A stretch of DNA of 55,364 bases, filler included, from Dirinaria sp. TL-2023a (Eukaryota): the NCBI GenBank assembly GCA_051941275.1. It is 2 parts of 2 records of this genome, joined end to end, with 100 filler letters (N's around TTAATTAATTAA, not from the genome) between each part and the next. Parts side by side here need not be neighbours in the genome. Positions count along the whole stretch, not along the records: positions 1 to 27,707 come from JAVEBF010000137.1; positions 27,808 to 55,364 come from JAVEBF010000138.1. One strand, 5' to 3'. Below, one piece after another: positions 24,960-36,957 of this stretch; position 1 is the first letter of the stretch; each line of letters starts with the position of its first letter. The notes beneath the pieces were generated by a model, which was not told the DNA's origin, did no database searches, and saw nothing but the letters and a program-made list of their open reading frames with translations. The position numbers and the translations under genes are program-made.

Positions 24960-25387
24960 GATTCTTCACTGTCTCAAGGATGTCACACAGTAGATAGTGT
25001 TGAAGTGTTTTACTATGACTATGGATCAGAATACTAGTCATGAGAATGGGAAATGAGGGGGACTTCACTAGACCAAATAAGCTGAGAGTGGCAGAATATG
25101 ACAGGGATTGCGGCTTACTGAGTGACTGTCTTGTGTTTGCTTTCTTTATTCTTTTCAACACTGTATCTAAGGTTTGTTCGCATATGACATGACTTCAACT
25201 CAGGTTGAGACATGTGTTTGCCAATCTTATTATAACTTACTCTGATAAATGAACAAAGAGATGTAATTCTACTATATTGAGAGTTCGGATGAATGCCTAT
25301 CAAAAGTGAAATGAGCGGGAGATCTTCTTTCAAACACTTTTCATGAGTAAGAGATTAATTAAGTTTTGTGCGAAAAATATCACCCGC

Positions 25388-25478
25388 GGCTTGTTGGTGT
25401 AGTTGGTTATCACGTGTCCTTAACAAAACATAATTTGTGTTGCGGACAAGGTCCTGGGTTCGAGTCCCAGACGAGTCA
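25388..25478 (+). tRNA. tRNA-Val(AAC) with 17-nt intron (25426-25442)
   Basis: Acceptor stem GGCTTGT/ACGAGTC, A box TGGTGTAGTTGG, anticodon stem TGTCC/GGACA with AAC at 25422-25424, intron after position 37, T arm CTGGG-TTCGAGT-CCCAG (B box), discriminator A. Confidence 0.93.
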
Positions 25479-25483
25479 ACATC

Positions 25484-25489
25484 TTTTTT
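25484..25489 (+). terminator. Pol III oligo-T terminator of the tRNA
   Basis: TTTTTT directly downstream of the tRNA 3' end. Confidence 0.7.
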
Positions 25490-25813
25490 GCTTGGTTGGA
25501 GTCATATTCAAGCCAAATTGAAGAACATTTATGTGACATCTTCTTACCTATGCACTAGGATCGAGCGAGATGTGACAGAGTTGTAGTGTTTTCAATTCAA
25601 TTGCTGATGAGTAAGATGGACGGCTAATTAAGCTGCAACACACTTTCTAAATCGTGTGGCTGATCTGCATCCTTGATATCACAATTCGGAGAATTTTTGT
25701 TACATCAGCATAGCCTCAAAGAAAGCTCAATTATAACTCCTAATTGACTTCAGCCTGGGATCCTCACCATTTCCCCAGATTCGATGATTTAATGCCATAT
25801 TCCAATCGCTCTG

Positions 25814-26611
25814 ATGCCTTTCAGCGCCCGCCTTTTCCGACTACCCTACAGATTACGTAGGCGTGCACGTCGCCATCGGTTTGCAACAATGCTTCTCCTT
25901 TGGGTCGTCTTCTGCACAGTGATTTTCCCTTTCTACTGGATATATAAGCCGCCCGCGTTCCTGATTCGCTATTTTCAAAAGCGATGGCCAGATGTTCTCT
26001 GGCAGGTTGATACGCCCACAAAGGTAGTTGCTCTCACAATCGACGATGCGCCATCTGAACACACCGATGAAATCGTGGATATACTCAACGAGAACCATGC
26101 ATCTGCCACTTTCTTCGTCATTGGCTCGCAGGCCTCTGGCCGCGAAGAGATCCTTCGCAGCATAGTCCATAATGGAAACGAGCTAGGAAATCATGCAATG
26201 CACGATGCACCCTCACGGTCCCTAAGTGATGCCGCGCTGTTCAAGGATATCAAGTCCGTGGAGACAATCATCGATGATACATACGCTGCTGTCACCCCAA
26301 ATCTACCGCCTAAATACTTCCGACCGGGATCCGGTTTCTTCCACGAAAGGATGCTCAAACTCTTGGACAAATTGGGCTATAGACTCGTCCTTGGTGGTAT
26401 CTATCCACATGACGCCCAGATTCCCTACTGGCGAATCAATGCAAAGCATATACTTAGTAGGCTACGGCCTGGGGCAATCATAATTTGCCACGATAGAAGG
26501 AGCTGGACAGTCCCTATGCTTCAAAAAGTACTCCCGGAAATTCGTCGCCGTGGTTATCGAGTTACTACAATTACAGGGCTGTTGAAAGCGGCAGAACCAC
26601 AAGACAGCTGA
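25814..26611 (+). CDS. CE4 polysaccharide/chitin deacetylase (NodB homology) with N-terminal membrane anchor
   Basis: Intronless 265 aa with CE4 motifs ALTIDDAP, ATFFVIG, GNHAMHD, YFRPGSG and IIICHD. Hydrophobic MLLLWVVFCTVIFPFYWIY segment. Confidence 0.9.
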   Translation: MPFSARLFRLPYRLRRRARRHRFATMLLLWVVFCTVIFPFYWIYKPPAFLIRYFQKRWPDVLWQVDTPTKVVALTIDDAPSEHTDEIVDILNENHASATFFVIGSQASGREEILRSIVHNGNELGNHAMHDAPSRSLSDAALFKDIKSVETIIDDTYAAVTPNLPPKYFRPGSGFFHERMLKLLDKLGYRLVLGGIYPHDAQIPYWRINAKHILSRLRPGAIIICHDRRSWTVPMLQKVLPEIRRRGYRVTTITGLLKAAEPQDS

Positions 26612-27707
26612 AGATACTACTGAACATCTATCGACGCATAGTGAAGGAGGATAAGGTACTTTTTGTTCTCTATTGCTGCTGCCTTTCTGCGCCGCTACGA
26701 CTTCAGCCCATGACTATGGAAGGGTTTTGGAGAGAGTAAAAATCATACTGACGAACTTATAATGCATGCTGGAAGGCTGTAGTTCCCTCACGTTCGAGTT
26801 GCCAGATCAAGATGTATATGCCGTCTCCAGATTTTGCAGTGAAATGCGATTACTGCAAACATGCTGCGAAATACGGTGAGGGCAGGAAAACGGATTGAAG
26901 AGTGGTGCAAGCAATGAGGGTGGTATTTGGGAATCCAAGTGGTCCTTTGGCAAGGCATCATCGGATAACAACATGGTGAATGGGTGCTACTAAATGTCTG
27001 AAAGCAGAAAGATGCGCACGATTGGCCGGCTAGCCAGTGGCCGATACATGGCCTTTGGGGAATATCACATCAAAAAAAGCTCATCCAGTTCCTGACGGGA
27101 CTGTATTCACTGGATGAAGCCATCTTGGCTTGATGTGTTCTCCCTAGCACGACCTGGCAGGGTCAGCGTAATTTAACCAACACCTGTCAGTCTGCTCGAT
27201 GAGCGCAGTGGTCGCTCATGAAGGGTTAAGCAAAGGATTAGCGGAGATCGTCGCGATTGATCGAGGGTAAGGAGCACAAAGTGTATCGAGTACTTTCGCA
27301 ACTTCAATCGACAGAGACTTGGCAAGACCGAAACAATAGAAACCTTTGTGCTTGCTACCTGCCATAATGCTAAAACTCTTAAGCCGATTTTCGAACCAGG
27401 ATTCTAAATGTGTAATGAATCTATTGAAAGAATAAGCAGAGATTTAAAGTAAGGTAAGGCAGGTACGAGTACATAAATACCAACAGAGCATCTCGCAGAA
27501 AAGTATCTTCGCATCTAATCAGATCTCATTACCTTACTGATCTGGCCCCTGCATCGATTCCCGCCAAGCCTTTCCCGGCCACTTAGCGCCATCGGCAACC
27601 TCACCTCACAACCTCAGCGCTACCAACATACGGCTTCCAAACCCCAATTGCAATTCCCACGATTCACAGTTCCCCATCCTCGCGCAATCATCATCGATCT
27701 CCAATGC

Positions 27708-27807
27708 NNNNNNNNNNNNNNNNNNNNNNNNNNNNNNNNNNNNNNNNNNNNTTAATTAATTAANNNNNNNNNNNNNNNNNNNNNNNNNNNNNNNNNNNNN
27801 NNNNNNN
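27708..27807. other. Assembly gap / artificial contig linker
   Basis: 44 N + TTAATTAATTAA (stops in all six frames) + 44 N = 100 nt. Confidence 0.97.
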
Positions 27808-28777
27808 TGGTTGGGGGGGGGAGAGCAGGTCGAAACTTTTGGCTCTTTGAATGAAATGTATTCTTGAATTTCTTCTGCGGGTATATCAAGTGTTGGTTTT
27901 TGGCGTCTCTCTTGTTTTAGTATTCAATCCTTTCGAGGATCAAGTAAGTCCTCCAAAGATGGCATTTTCGATCTACTTCACCTTACTTCACCTTAAGGTA
28001 CCCTTATCCTTTTATCTGTCGATGTTTGGATTACACTAACCTGAGGCAAAGTAGTGATCTACGGTAGTTTTACTATTGACTCTTTGTTATGGAATTTATA
28101 TTGAGAGATCTTGGATCACAGGAAAACTAGTATCTCAACCGTACAGAGTCCTCAGAGTCTGAGTAAACCCGAAAACCAGATCTTATTTCCTGGCACAAGG
28201 GGTATCTGTATCTGGGTTGCGGGCATAGATTGCAGGTAGGAGTTTTCACTTTCATACTAATTTATCCGTTCAGAGAAGGTAAGGTGGAGAATGGGTTATT
28301 GAGATCCCGTGATTTTAGTTGATCCGATTCATTAAGTTTGATATGTGAATCTGTATGGTCAGAAAGAAAGAAAGGAAGGAAGAATAAATTAATAAATAGC
28401 CCTGCGTGCGGAAAATGAGACGTTAGGTGAGTCTCGAGTTCGAGTTCGAGTTAACGTTATATGCATGGAACTGAGAGATAAATCCGTGCTCAGTGGCCGC
28501 GGTACGACTTTTGAGAAAAAATTAAGAAAACATGTGCATGAGCACAACGGGCGGCTGGAATTGAAGACGCTGTGGAACTGGATGGATGGGATATAGATGC
28601 TAGATGCAAAGTGAGGAGAGCAGGGTTTCATGTGGGAGCTGCTTCTGAATAAGGCTATATTGGATATGCGCAATCGCCCTGGAACTCCCGTCTCATACTC
28701 TTATACCCCTGGAGCCTTTGTCAATGCCTCGCTAAAACTACATGATAACGATCCGTGCCTTTTCAAAAGCCCGGGAT

Positions 28778-30226
28778 CTAGATAAAGATTTCTCTGGCCT
28801 CCTTGGGATGGCTCTCGTTGGGGCAGTAGGGGCATTTGAAGCGGCCGCCTTTCGCGTGCCGGAACAAGGACTCGTGGGCGATGACGTGCCCGCACGGCAT
28901 CATCATCGGCAGGTTTGCGTCGGTGGTCTGCTCTTTGGATATCGGGCAGACGAAGATCGAGTGGAACTGGTAGGCGGGAGGAAGGGGGATTTCAACCTGC
29001 GCATGGGCTGTAAGTATGCATAGGTGATGCTGGCTAATAATATAATATTGACTTACTGGGAGTTCGTTCTGGGTCGTCCATTCGGTATGCTTCTCCTTCA
29101 TGATCGTTTGTAGTTTGAGCAGGGTGGGCAATGCGATAGCCCCGGCAGTAGCAGCGATGTAAAGAGGCGATTCGGCTGACAGGCCTAGCAATGAGCAGAA
29201 TTCTCGTGTGAATGAATTGGCCAGGTCGTTCCAGGCGTCATGATTGCAAAATATTCTCCGATACGGCGACTGCTCGAGGTTAGGACAAAAAGCCATTGCG
29301 CCAATGAGCTGCTGCATTTCTTTCAAGTATCGTGTCTGAAACGGCGCGAACTCCTCGCGTGCGTATGCTAGAGCTTTTTGCTGCCCTTCATACCTCACTT
29401 CAGGATCTCCTGCGGCGTCCATTTCTCCCAAGAACAGCCATACGAACTGCAATTTTCCGAGCTCGAATTCGAGGTTGCTTCCTCTAGCTTCCAGAGCCGC
29501 ACTATTTGCTCTGGCCCATCCGATCGCCGGCAGCAGATTCCGCTCATTTTGCAGCTCGTGCAGTATGTAATACATATTGGCAAAGTGTTGTCGTAGCGCT
29601 TCCGACTTCAGTGAGTCAATGCCGAGCTTGTGCTCAAGAGTAGCGTATGGGCTCGCTAGATCAGGGCTATCTTGTGGCTGGGATACCTTCTGAGCCACTT
29701 CCGTCAGGAAGGTGGAAGCAACAGAAAATTGACCTTCCCGCAGTAGATGCATTGCTATAGCGCGGTTGATGAGCGCTGGCTGTGAAGAAAGAGCGTCGTA
29801 GTCGGTCGTTGGTAACGGCTTATCTTTGAATTTCTAGAGATGCGTATGAGCAACACGAAATAGACGGCTAAGGAAAAGGAGGTCATGCCCTATCTAGAGC
29901 CTTTGAATACTTGCCCAATCCATTGTAGACGTCTTTCAGGTCGCTATTTATGTCATCGAAGCCGCACTTGACAGAGCTCTGAAGCTCTACGATGGTAGTA
30001 GTAGCCCTATTTGGATCTTTTCCCAGGTCAAATACGGATCAGCGAGTTGAAATAGCAGAAAAAAAAAATATATCACAAGATCGAACGAACAGTGAGCGTA
30101 CTCACCATTCGCTATCGTATCTCGCGCGCTCTTGAGAAGATCGAGGGTCTTCTGGACGTCATCCAAGCTCTTCGACAAGTTCCCCTTTTTCGAAAGCTTA
30201 TTGTGTTCTACAAGTAATGCCTCCAT
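28778..30226 (-). CDS. RMD5: GID/CTLH complex RING subunit Rmd5/Gid2, 4 exons
   Basis: LisH (INRAIAMHLLREGQFSVASTF), CTLH (LPAIGWARANS..LEARGSNLEFEL), CRA (FTREFCSLLGLSAESPLY) and a degenerate RING (FHSIFVCPISKEQ...PCGHVI...FKCPYCP). Confidence 0.93.
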
Positions 30227-30852
30227 ACTGCTTCCTCGACGCTAAAAGAAAATTGTAGTCCTAATGAAGAACGAATTACTTGCATAAAGCCACCAAAGAT
30301 TCAACTCGTCATAGGCGAAGTCTGATCGGATGAGTTCGGCATGACCGTATCGTCTAGTACTAAAATACAACTGAAGTCTTTTTGAATCTGGAGTTGTATA
30401 CACTATCAGTAAGTATACTGCTTCATTGGCGCTGGGGGCAAGTTTGGTCATCCGTACAGTGGTGACGAAGGGCGTTCTCGGCATCTCCAGCTCCTTGCAT
30501 TGCCGAAGTCTATCCGAATTTTCACCGACATGTAGGGTTGGATTGTAACACCTCAAGGCAACGTACCTTACTTTCCATGAGTATGTACTGCGTACCCAAG
30601 GTACTCTGTAGGTACTGAAATCACTGATTTCTCTCAAATTTTTAGCGTAGGCCATACTCTCCAAACAGTACCCTATGTTCCATCTGCCTTTCATCCCAGA
30701 AGGCGTTGTCGAGTGCTCCAAGGAATTCTGTCGCGGTGCATAAGCACCCATTAACATCTCTGTAGACTTCCCAAGGAAGACAAGATTAAGATGGCAACAT
30801 CTTATTGTCCCTGCATTCGATGACAAAGTGAACAGAGCTGGCGTGAGACGCC

Positions 30853-33474
30853 ATGGACGGCGATGGTGCTGCTACTGAGCCAGAGACATCCAACTCTCTA
30901 ACAGACCTCTCAACCGTGGCCACACGCGATGCGAAGCCCCGGCCCGCTCATCAACGCCTCGTCCTGACTGATCCGGTAGCATTCAGATATCTCGAAGAGG
31001 ATACTTCGCTCACGGTCCTAGAGCGGCGACGGCGCCTGCAGGGATATGAATCCTACATCGTCGAGCAATGGATATGCTCGAGAGAACATCCAACGTTCAT
31101 CATCACGACGTATACGGGCCTTGAGCAGCATTCTGTGTTTGTTGGCGTTTTGAGTGTCCCTACTGACGAAGATGAATGGTCTCCAAGACTTCGAGTATGG
31201 TTCAAGGCGCTTGCAAAATTCCATGCTCGAAAGAAGGAGACTCCATTGGGAACGTTGATGGTGACGAACCTCAGCGGCTTTCCATCGGCTCTGACAGTCA
31301 TATCTGTCCCGGATGGTGACGTAAAAAAACATCGAGACGACTTCATCGTTAACGAGAATATGAAGCGCTTGGGTTGTTCTGGACGAGCTGGCCTCAATCT
31401 AGCGCCGCCTACGAGTGCAACACAAGCAAAGTTCAAGCAGCAATATCGCACAAGTGATCATGTGTCTTTCTATGGTGCCGTTATCGAACTCGTAAAGCTT
31501 AGTCAAGTCGCCCTTGTTCTTTATGGGAAGCTTGCACCTGAATATGCTGATGGCCTAGTATGTGACGTTACCGAACGGGCAATAAATGACTGGTGGAGCG
31601 ATTTGGGCGCTGAGTACTTCAATATCGACCCCACAGACGGCATACTAGGCCCAACAACAGTATCGGCCATGCTTGGCCTTCTTCTGGGAGCGCGGAATCG
31701 ACTTCACGCGTATGGCGCACCGGTCGCGAAAGATGTATTTGATCTGATTAGCACGAAGAGGGCAATCGCCTATTTTCAAAAATCGCAAAAGATAAAGCAA
31801 ACACGGCGATTGGATAGGAAAACCTTGGAATGCCTGCACAAAGCCACAGCCAAAGCTGCGAGCGGAGAGGGCTGGACCATGCCCCGAGCTGTCAAAACTA
31901 CAGTTGCAGAACTAAGCGGAAAAGGAAGTAATATGGTCATGGGGAGGACGGGCGCCCGTGAGAAGGCTGGTATAGCTGATATCGAAACTTTGGACATTGA
32001 GACTTTTATAAGCTTATTGTCCGGGGAGAGGTCAAAGTGGCTTTGGTATGGAAAGCCCCGAAAAAACAATGAAAGCGATTCCCTTAGCAACCTCGGTGGG
32101 GACGATGGCATCGTGTTTACGAAGGACGAAAATGGAGGTTACAAGTGGACAAGCCAGAAACGGGATTCTGCAGTCGACGATAATCGAGTTCGTGGCCTAT
32201 CTTCTCAAATTTACAATCATTCAACGCATGGATCGCAGGCAAGCATTGAATCGCCTGAGAAGGAACAGGCTCTTCGACGTAAGGCCTTGAAAACAGTCAG
32301 CGGAAGGGTTACCGACGCAAGGAGCGGTCTTGGTCGGATCAAAGATGCCGTTGGCATGGCTGGTCTTCGTGGTCATCATCATAAGTACTCCAAGGAGGAC
32401 AATGTGTTATCGGACGCAGAGAGTTTCAGAGATCGACCATCTCGACGCAATGATGAGCAAGCAACAGCTAATATTGAAGACACAAGCTCCTTAAAAAGCC
32501 AGGAGGATTTGCCGATGGCAAATGGAAAAGCTTTACCAATCTCGGCAAGCCTGCCAGAGCTGGTCAATCCTCAACAGCAGCAGCTTGAAGCTCATTCATC
32601 TTCGCAAGACTATTCCAAAGACGGAGACAAGCTTGATACCTCCTCAAATGCCAGTTCAGTGAGTGCCGCTCAAGGTATAGGCCCGGCAAAGCGTCCCTCA
32701 CTTCCGCTTGCGACCGCAGACAACCAGCTTGCCTTAGACTTTGACGGGGAGTTGGCCAAAAGAGCAAGCGGCCTAGACCGAGTCAGCTTAGACAAAACTT
32801 TTCGCAGACAACCAGCACTTCCCATGCCCCTTAGAAGAACACGAAGTCTTCCTCATTGCACAACCCCAGTTGGCTTAGACCACACTGAGGCTTACCGCTG
32901 GGCAAGACATCTATCTTTCAGCAATTTTGTCGATGTTCTTGCCAACGACAACGCTGGTAGTTGGCCTGTTGCACCCTCTTCTGAGATAGACGAAACCAAA
33001 GCACCGAACAATGCGTTGCTGAGGGAAAAAGGGCTAGCATTTGAAGCACACCAAATGGCCAAGTCACTCCAACAGTTAAGAGAGAATGATGGGTCTCTTG
33101 TCGAGCGCAAGGTTGATGAGGTCACTGCTTTAGACAAGCAAGCTGCTCATGATCATGAAGTTCTCGAAGATTTGTATCACACCAAATTAGAGGAGCACAA
33201 TAGCTTGAAAGAAGCCTCGGATGACTTGCTAGCCGAGGAAAGGACTACTTTGGCTGAGTGCGTCAAGGACGTGGAGATATTGGGTGCCAAGCTCGAGTAC
33301 GAGCTGAACACTCTCCAATCAAAGGTCGAGGATATGGAGAACGGCATTGCGGATTTTGAACGTCAAATTGAACAGCTTGAGAGTAGAGCAGAGGAGCTCA
33401 TCGAAGAAAAGAGAATCTCTTGGGTGCAGTGGGCACTTGGTTTTTTCTCGCGGACCAGCAAACCGCAACAATGA
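30853..33474 (+). CDS. Sin3-binding protein STB2/STB6-like
   Basis: 873-aa intronless ORF. N-terminal domain VLTDPVAFRYLEED...GYESYIVEQW...LMVTNLSGFPS...NENMKRLGCSGR...DGILGPTTV, with a C-terminal coiled coil. Confidence 0.85.
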   Translation: MDGDGAATEPETSNSLTDLSTVATRDAKPRPAHQRLVLTDPVAFRYLEEDTSLTVLERRRRLQGYESYIVEQWICSREHPTFIITTYTGLEQHSVFVGVLSVPTDEDEWSPRLRVWFKALAKFHARKKETPLGTLMVTNLSGFPSALTVISVPDGDVKKHRDDFIVNENMKRLGCSGRAGLNLAPPTSATQAKFKQQYRTSDHVSFYGAVIELVKLSQVALVLYGKLAPEYADGLVCDVTERAINDWWSDLGAEYFNIDPTDGILGPTTVSAMLGLLLGARNRLHAYGAPVAKDVFDLISTKRAIAYFQKSQKIKQTRRLDRKTLECLHKATAKAASGEGWTMPRAVKTTVAELSGKGSNMVMGRTGAREKAGIADIETLDIETFISLLSGERSKWLWYGKPRKNNESDSLSNLGGDDGIVFTKDENGGYKWTSQKRDSAVDDNRVRGLSSQIYNHSTHGSQASIESPEKEQALRRKALKTVSGRVTDARSGLGRIKDAVGMAGLRGHHHKYSKEDNVLSDAESFRDRPSRRNDEQATANIEDTSSLKSQEDLPMANGKALPISASLPELVNPQQQQLEAHSSSQDYSKDGDKLDTSSNASSVSAAQGIGPAKRPSLPLATADNQLALDFDGELAKRASGLDRVSLDKTFRRQPALPMPLRRTRSLPHCTTPVGLDHTEAYRWARHLSFSNFVDVLANDNAGSWPVAPSSEIDETKAPNNALLREKGLAFEAHQMAKSLQQLRENDGSLVERKVDEVTALDKQAAHDHEVLEDLYHTKLEEHNSLKEASDDLLAEERTTLAECVKDVEILGAKLEYELNTLQSKVEDMENGIADFERQIEQLESRAEELIEEKRISWVQWALGFFSRTSKPQQ

Positions 33475-33803
33475 AAACTTGGGATGGGAATGGCATAGCG
33501 ATGGCGTTCGGAACAGAGAAGAGGCACCAGACTAGGTGTTATTGAAGTCTAGATTTCCCAGCCATACCCCAGGCAACGGTGGGCGGCATTGATGTCAATT
33601 GGAGTATGATTATCGACATAGAGTACATATGTGCCTTGGGGCATTCATATAGCCAAGGACCTTTCTATTTCAGAAATCTCTTGCTGGAGGCCTTCGAGGC
33701 CGTGGAGTAGCGATTTTTCGTGCTCTGAAGCACCAAAGCGTGAAAGGTGTCTGTAGTTCATCCGCGATTTGGTGTAATGCAGCTTGTCCCTTCCTCGTCT
33801 CGT

Positions 33804-34147
33804 TCATGATCCCGGCATACCTAGTCCACCGCCCGTTTGTTGTTCTCTCTGAAATTTATCGCTAACCTTCATGGTGACATCGAAGAACTTAGCCACGCAT
33901 CTGTCCAAGCATACTGACTCGCCCTTATTCAGATCGCTTTCTCGGTAGTCGGTGGGTACGCACTTTTTCGTGCACGATTCGTTGAGACTGTGCATAGGTT
34001 AGAATCATCACGAAGGTAGCGTAGACTGGGAGGCTATTTCAAAGCGCACCGGTTGACCATGCCTGTGATCATCTCAAGCTCGGATTCGGCAGCGGCGATT
34101 TTCTCCGCTGATGAGGGCTGTGGTCGGCCACCAAACATGAACGACAT
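33804..34147 (-). CDS. TIM10: Mitochondrial intermembrane-space small Tim chaperone Tim10 (exons 34147-34050, 33987-33804)
   Basis: [26 protein letters not shown]...SCTKKC...[18 protein letters not shown], a twin CX3C motif. Confidence 0.95.
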
Positions 34148-34621
34148 TTTGGCGGCGCTGTAGGATTCTTTCAGACCTTCAATCGGTAGAGGAAGTGGTT
34201 ACGATGCTTATATGTACAATGAATCAAGCAGAGGGGAAGGAATTTGGCGGAGGTTGCTTAAGAAGTTGAAGCTGGTCCGGCGAGGTTTTTCTAGCAATGC
34301 GCTGTTCCTAGCATATTACTAAAAGCGTGAGCGATGGGAGCTTCTACTCTCATTCTCTACCAGGATTCGTGGTGACAGACAGAGGAGGTGGAGTAGCGTT
34401 CAATGGTAGAAAATCGGAGTAAGTATCTCTGTCGTCTCCTGGCTTTTGTATATTCGGATTTCAAGGAAGAAAGACTGTATTCAAGAACCGTTGCGAATGA
34501 CACTTGCTCCCCAAGTGGATGGTCAAATATTTGATCCCATATCTGACTGAGCTTACGATTGTCGCAATGCACTTGCTCAAGATTGGACAAAGCCCTCGAA
34601 TAATTGGTAACATGGTATAGG

Positions 34622-36524
34622 ATGACAAAACTTTTCCACTTCCTGCGTCCGTATCTCAAATCTCGAATATACCATCCATCTGCCAGCGCCTTCTCGGCAC
34701 ACGTTCGGTTCTACAGTGTCCTTAGCCCTGGGAAAGTAGATGGTGGAACTTCGGAACTGCAATGGCGACAGACATTGGTGGAGGGAACGGCATTGCCGCC
34801 AGCTCACCTTCATCCTCGAATTGCAACCGACCAGTGCGCAATAAGCTGCCGAGACTTCGCAAATCGCTATTCGATCCTAGGACGGGATGAAGTGAAGCAC
34901 GGCGAGACTCTAGTCCTAAGAGGTACACGCTGCTCCAATACAAACACCCGATTGTCCACTCACACTGTCAGGAAGGGTTTATAGCCACCGGTCTGCTGGG
35001 ATGAAGCTCCTGTTCATTGACCTCCGACAGGATGGCCAGCCAGTACAAGTCGTCTGCAACTATAGCAAGATGCAAGAGGGGCTAGGTGAAGCTGAATTTA
35101 GAAGATGGTGCTGTGAGGTTCAGAGAGGCGACATCTACAGTATGCCAAATCGGCCCTAATTAATATCTAAGAGACTCTAAGCTTTACAGGCTTCAAAGGA
35201 CTACCACATCGGACAAGTAGAGGCGAGCTCTCCCTTTTGGTGACAGAGCTCCCCGAGCTTCTCTCGCCATGTCTGCATCCCTTCTCCACAGAGCTCTCGG
35301 ATCAAGAGACTAGGGTCCGCAATCGGCACCTCGATCTCTGGACCAGTAGAAAATCGGTGCAAACCTTGCTCCTAAGATCAGAAATCATGCGGCATGTTAG
35401 GCACTTTCTCGAGGCGGACGATTTTCGAGAGGTACAGACGCCCATTTTGGCTGATGAGGCGGGCGGAGCTGTTGCAAGAGCTTTCCATACAAATGCGACT
35501 GAATTTCCAGAACGCCGGATATCATTACGAATAGCGCCCGAGCTTTGGCTCAAACGGCTTATACTCGGTGGGTTCGATAAAGTTTTTGAAATGGGGCCAT
35601 GCTTTCGAAACGAAGGTGAGCAAAGGGAACAGCATCCATATTTGATAGCCGCTCATCGACCCAGGATTGGATCTCAACCACAATCCGGAATACACGACCT
35701 GCGAATTTTACCAAGCGTACGCCAATCTCGAAGACCTAGTTTCTCTGACAGAGAAACTCTTTGCCAGCCTCGCTAGCCTCACACGCCGACTCATATCAAC
35801 ATCACACCCTGATCTGCCCGCTCTAGACATTGATTTCAATGAAACCTTCCACCGTGTTCCATTCATCCCCTCTCTCGAAAAAGCCCTCAGTCGCACTTTG
35901 CCCGACCTCTCAGCTTCCAACGCAACCTCAGATCTCCTCTCCATCTTCGATTCCCTTAACATCGCCCCACCCTCGAACCCGACTCAGCCACGCCTCCTCG
36001 ACCGTCTCTCGGCCATCTATCTCGAGCCTGCAAGCCACACCGCTCCGACCCTCATCACGCACCACCCGGAATGTCTCTCCCCACTGTCAAAATCCTTTCT
36101 TGACCCGCAGACGAACCAGCGTGTCGCGGCGCGCGCCGAGCTTTTCGTCAAAGGCCAGGAGCTGGTGAACATGTACGAGGAAGAAAACTCGCCGTTTGAA
36201 CAACGGTGGAAATTTGAGTCCCAATTGAAATATAAAAAAGGTGGTGAGGGCTTTGTAACGACTGATGGTAGTAGTAGTAGCAGTTCCGGGGCTAGTAAGG
36301 ATGATGGAAAGGCGAAGAAAAGCGCGGGAGGAGCAGGGGCAGAAGAGCTCAACGAAAGCTACCTCGAAGCGCTGGAATGGGGCTTACCCCCGACGGGAGG
36401 ATGGGGTTGCGGGATCGATAGGTTGTGCATGCTGTTCAGCGGCTCTGAGCGCATCGCGGATGTGCTCCCCTTTGGCAATCTGAGGAACGTGGTTGGTTTG
36501 GGACGAGGTTGGAGAAGGAAGTAA
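34622..36524 (+). CDS. MSK1: Mitochondrial lysyl-tRNA synthetase (class II), multi-exon
   Basis: Basic presequence-like N-terminus, OB-fold exon, motif 1 (FREVQTPIL), GGAVARAF, LRIAPELWLKRLILGG, FRNEG, HNPEYTTCEFY and motif 3 (GLPPTGGWGCGIDRL). Confidence 0.92.
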
Positions 36525-36957
36525 GTAGAGAGTAAGCTCAGGGATATGAGTGAGGGGGAGAGTAGTAAATCAAAACCGCAAATCTAGGTTCATAGATTGT
36601 ATAAATGTACAAAGGTGTCAATGAGCGAGTTGCTGGCAATACTGCTGGCCTGCATGAAAAAGGACCCAATAACAATGTGTGAAAAAAAAGACAGCCCCTT
36701 GATTGATAATGGTATATATCTACTTAGCGTACTGTAGCCCTGCGTAAGCGAGATCCAACACCCAAGGCACAAAGCCTCTTGTATTTTGCAAGTGTCGTGA
36801 AAATCACGGCTTGGAAATGTTTCAGACAGACACAGCTCGAATTATCAGAGATTTCTCTATCACTGCTGACCGCTAATGAGCGATCAATGTTCCTGAGACA
36901 ATCTCGAAAAATTGGGCGTGGGTTTTAATATTATTATTATTAGGCTTCCACTATCAA

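Noticed and set aside
27082..27116. Hairpin CATCCAGT...ACTGGATG
   Set aside because: Only an 8-bp stem, which is expected by chance in 55 kb.
27752..27763. TTAATTAATTAA as a biological site (PacI-like or piggyBac TTAA target)
   Set aside because: It is centred in an exact 100-nt N spacer and is a six-frame-stop assembly linker.
30242..30826. 194-aa minus-strand ORF between RMD5 and the STB2/6-like gene
   Set aside because: Non-ATG start, fills a divergent promoter region and has no motifs, so it is probably spurious.
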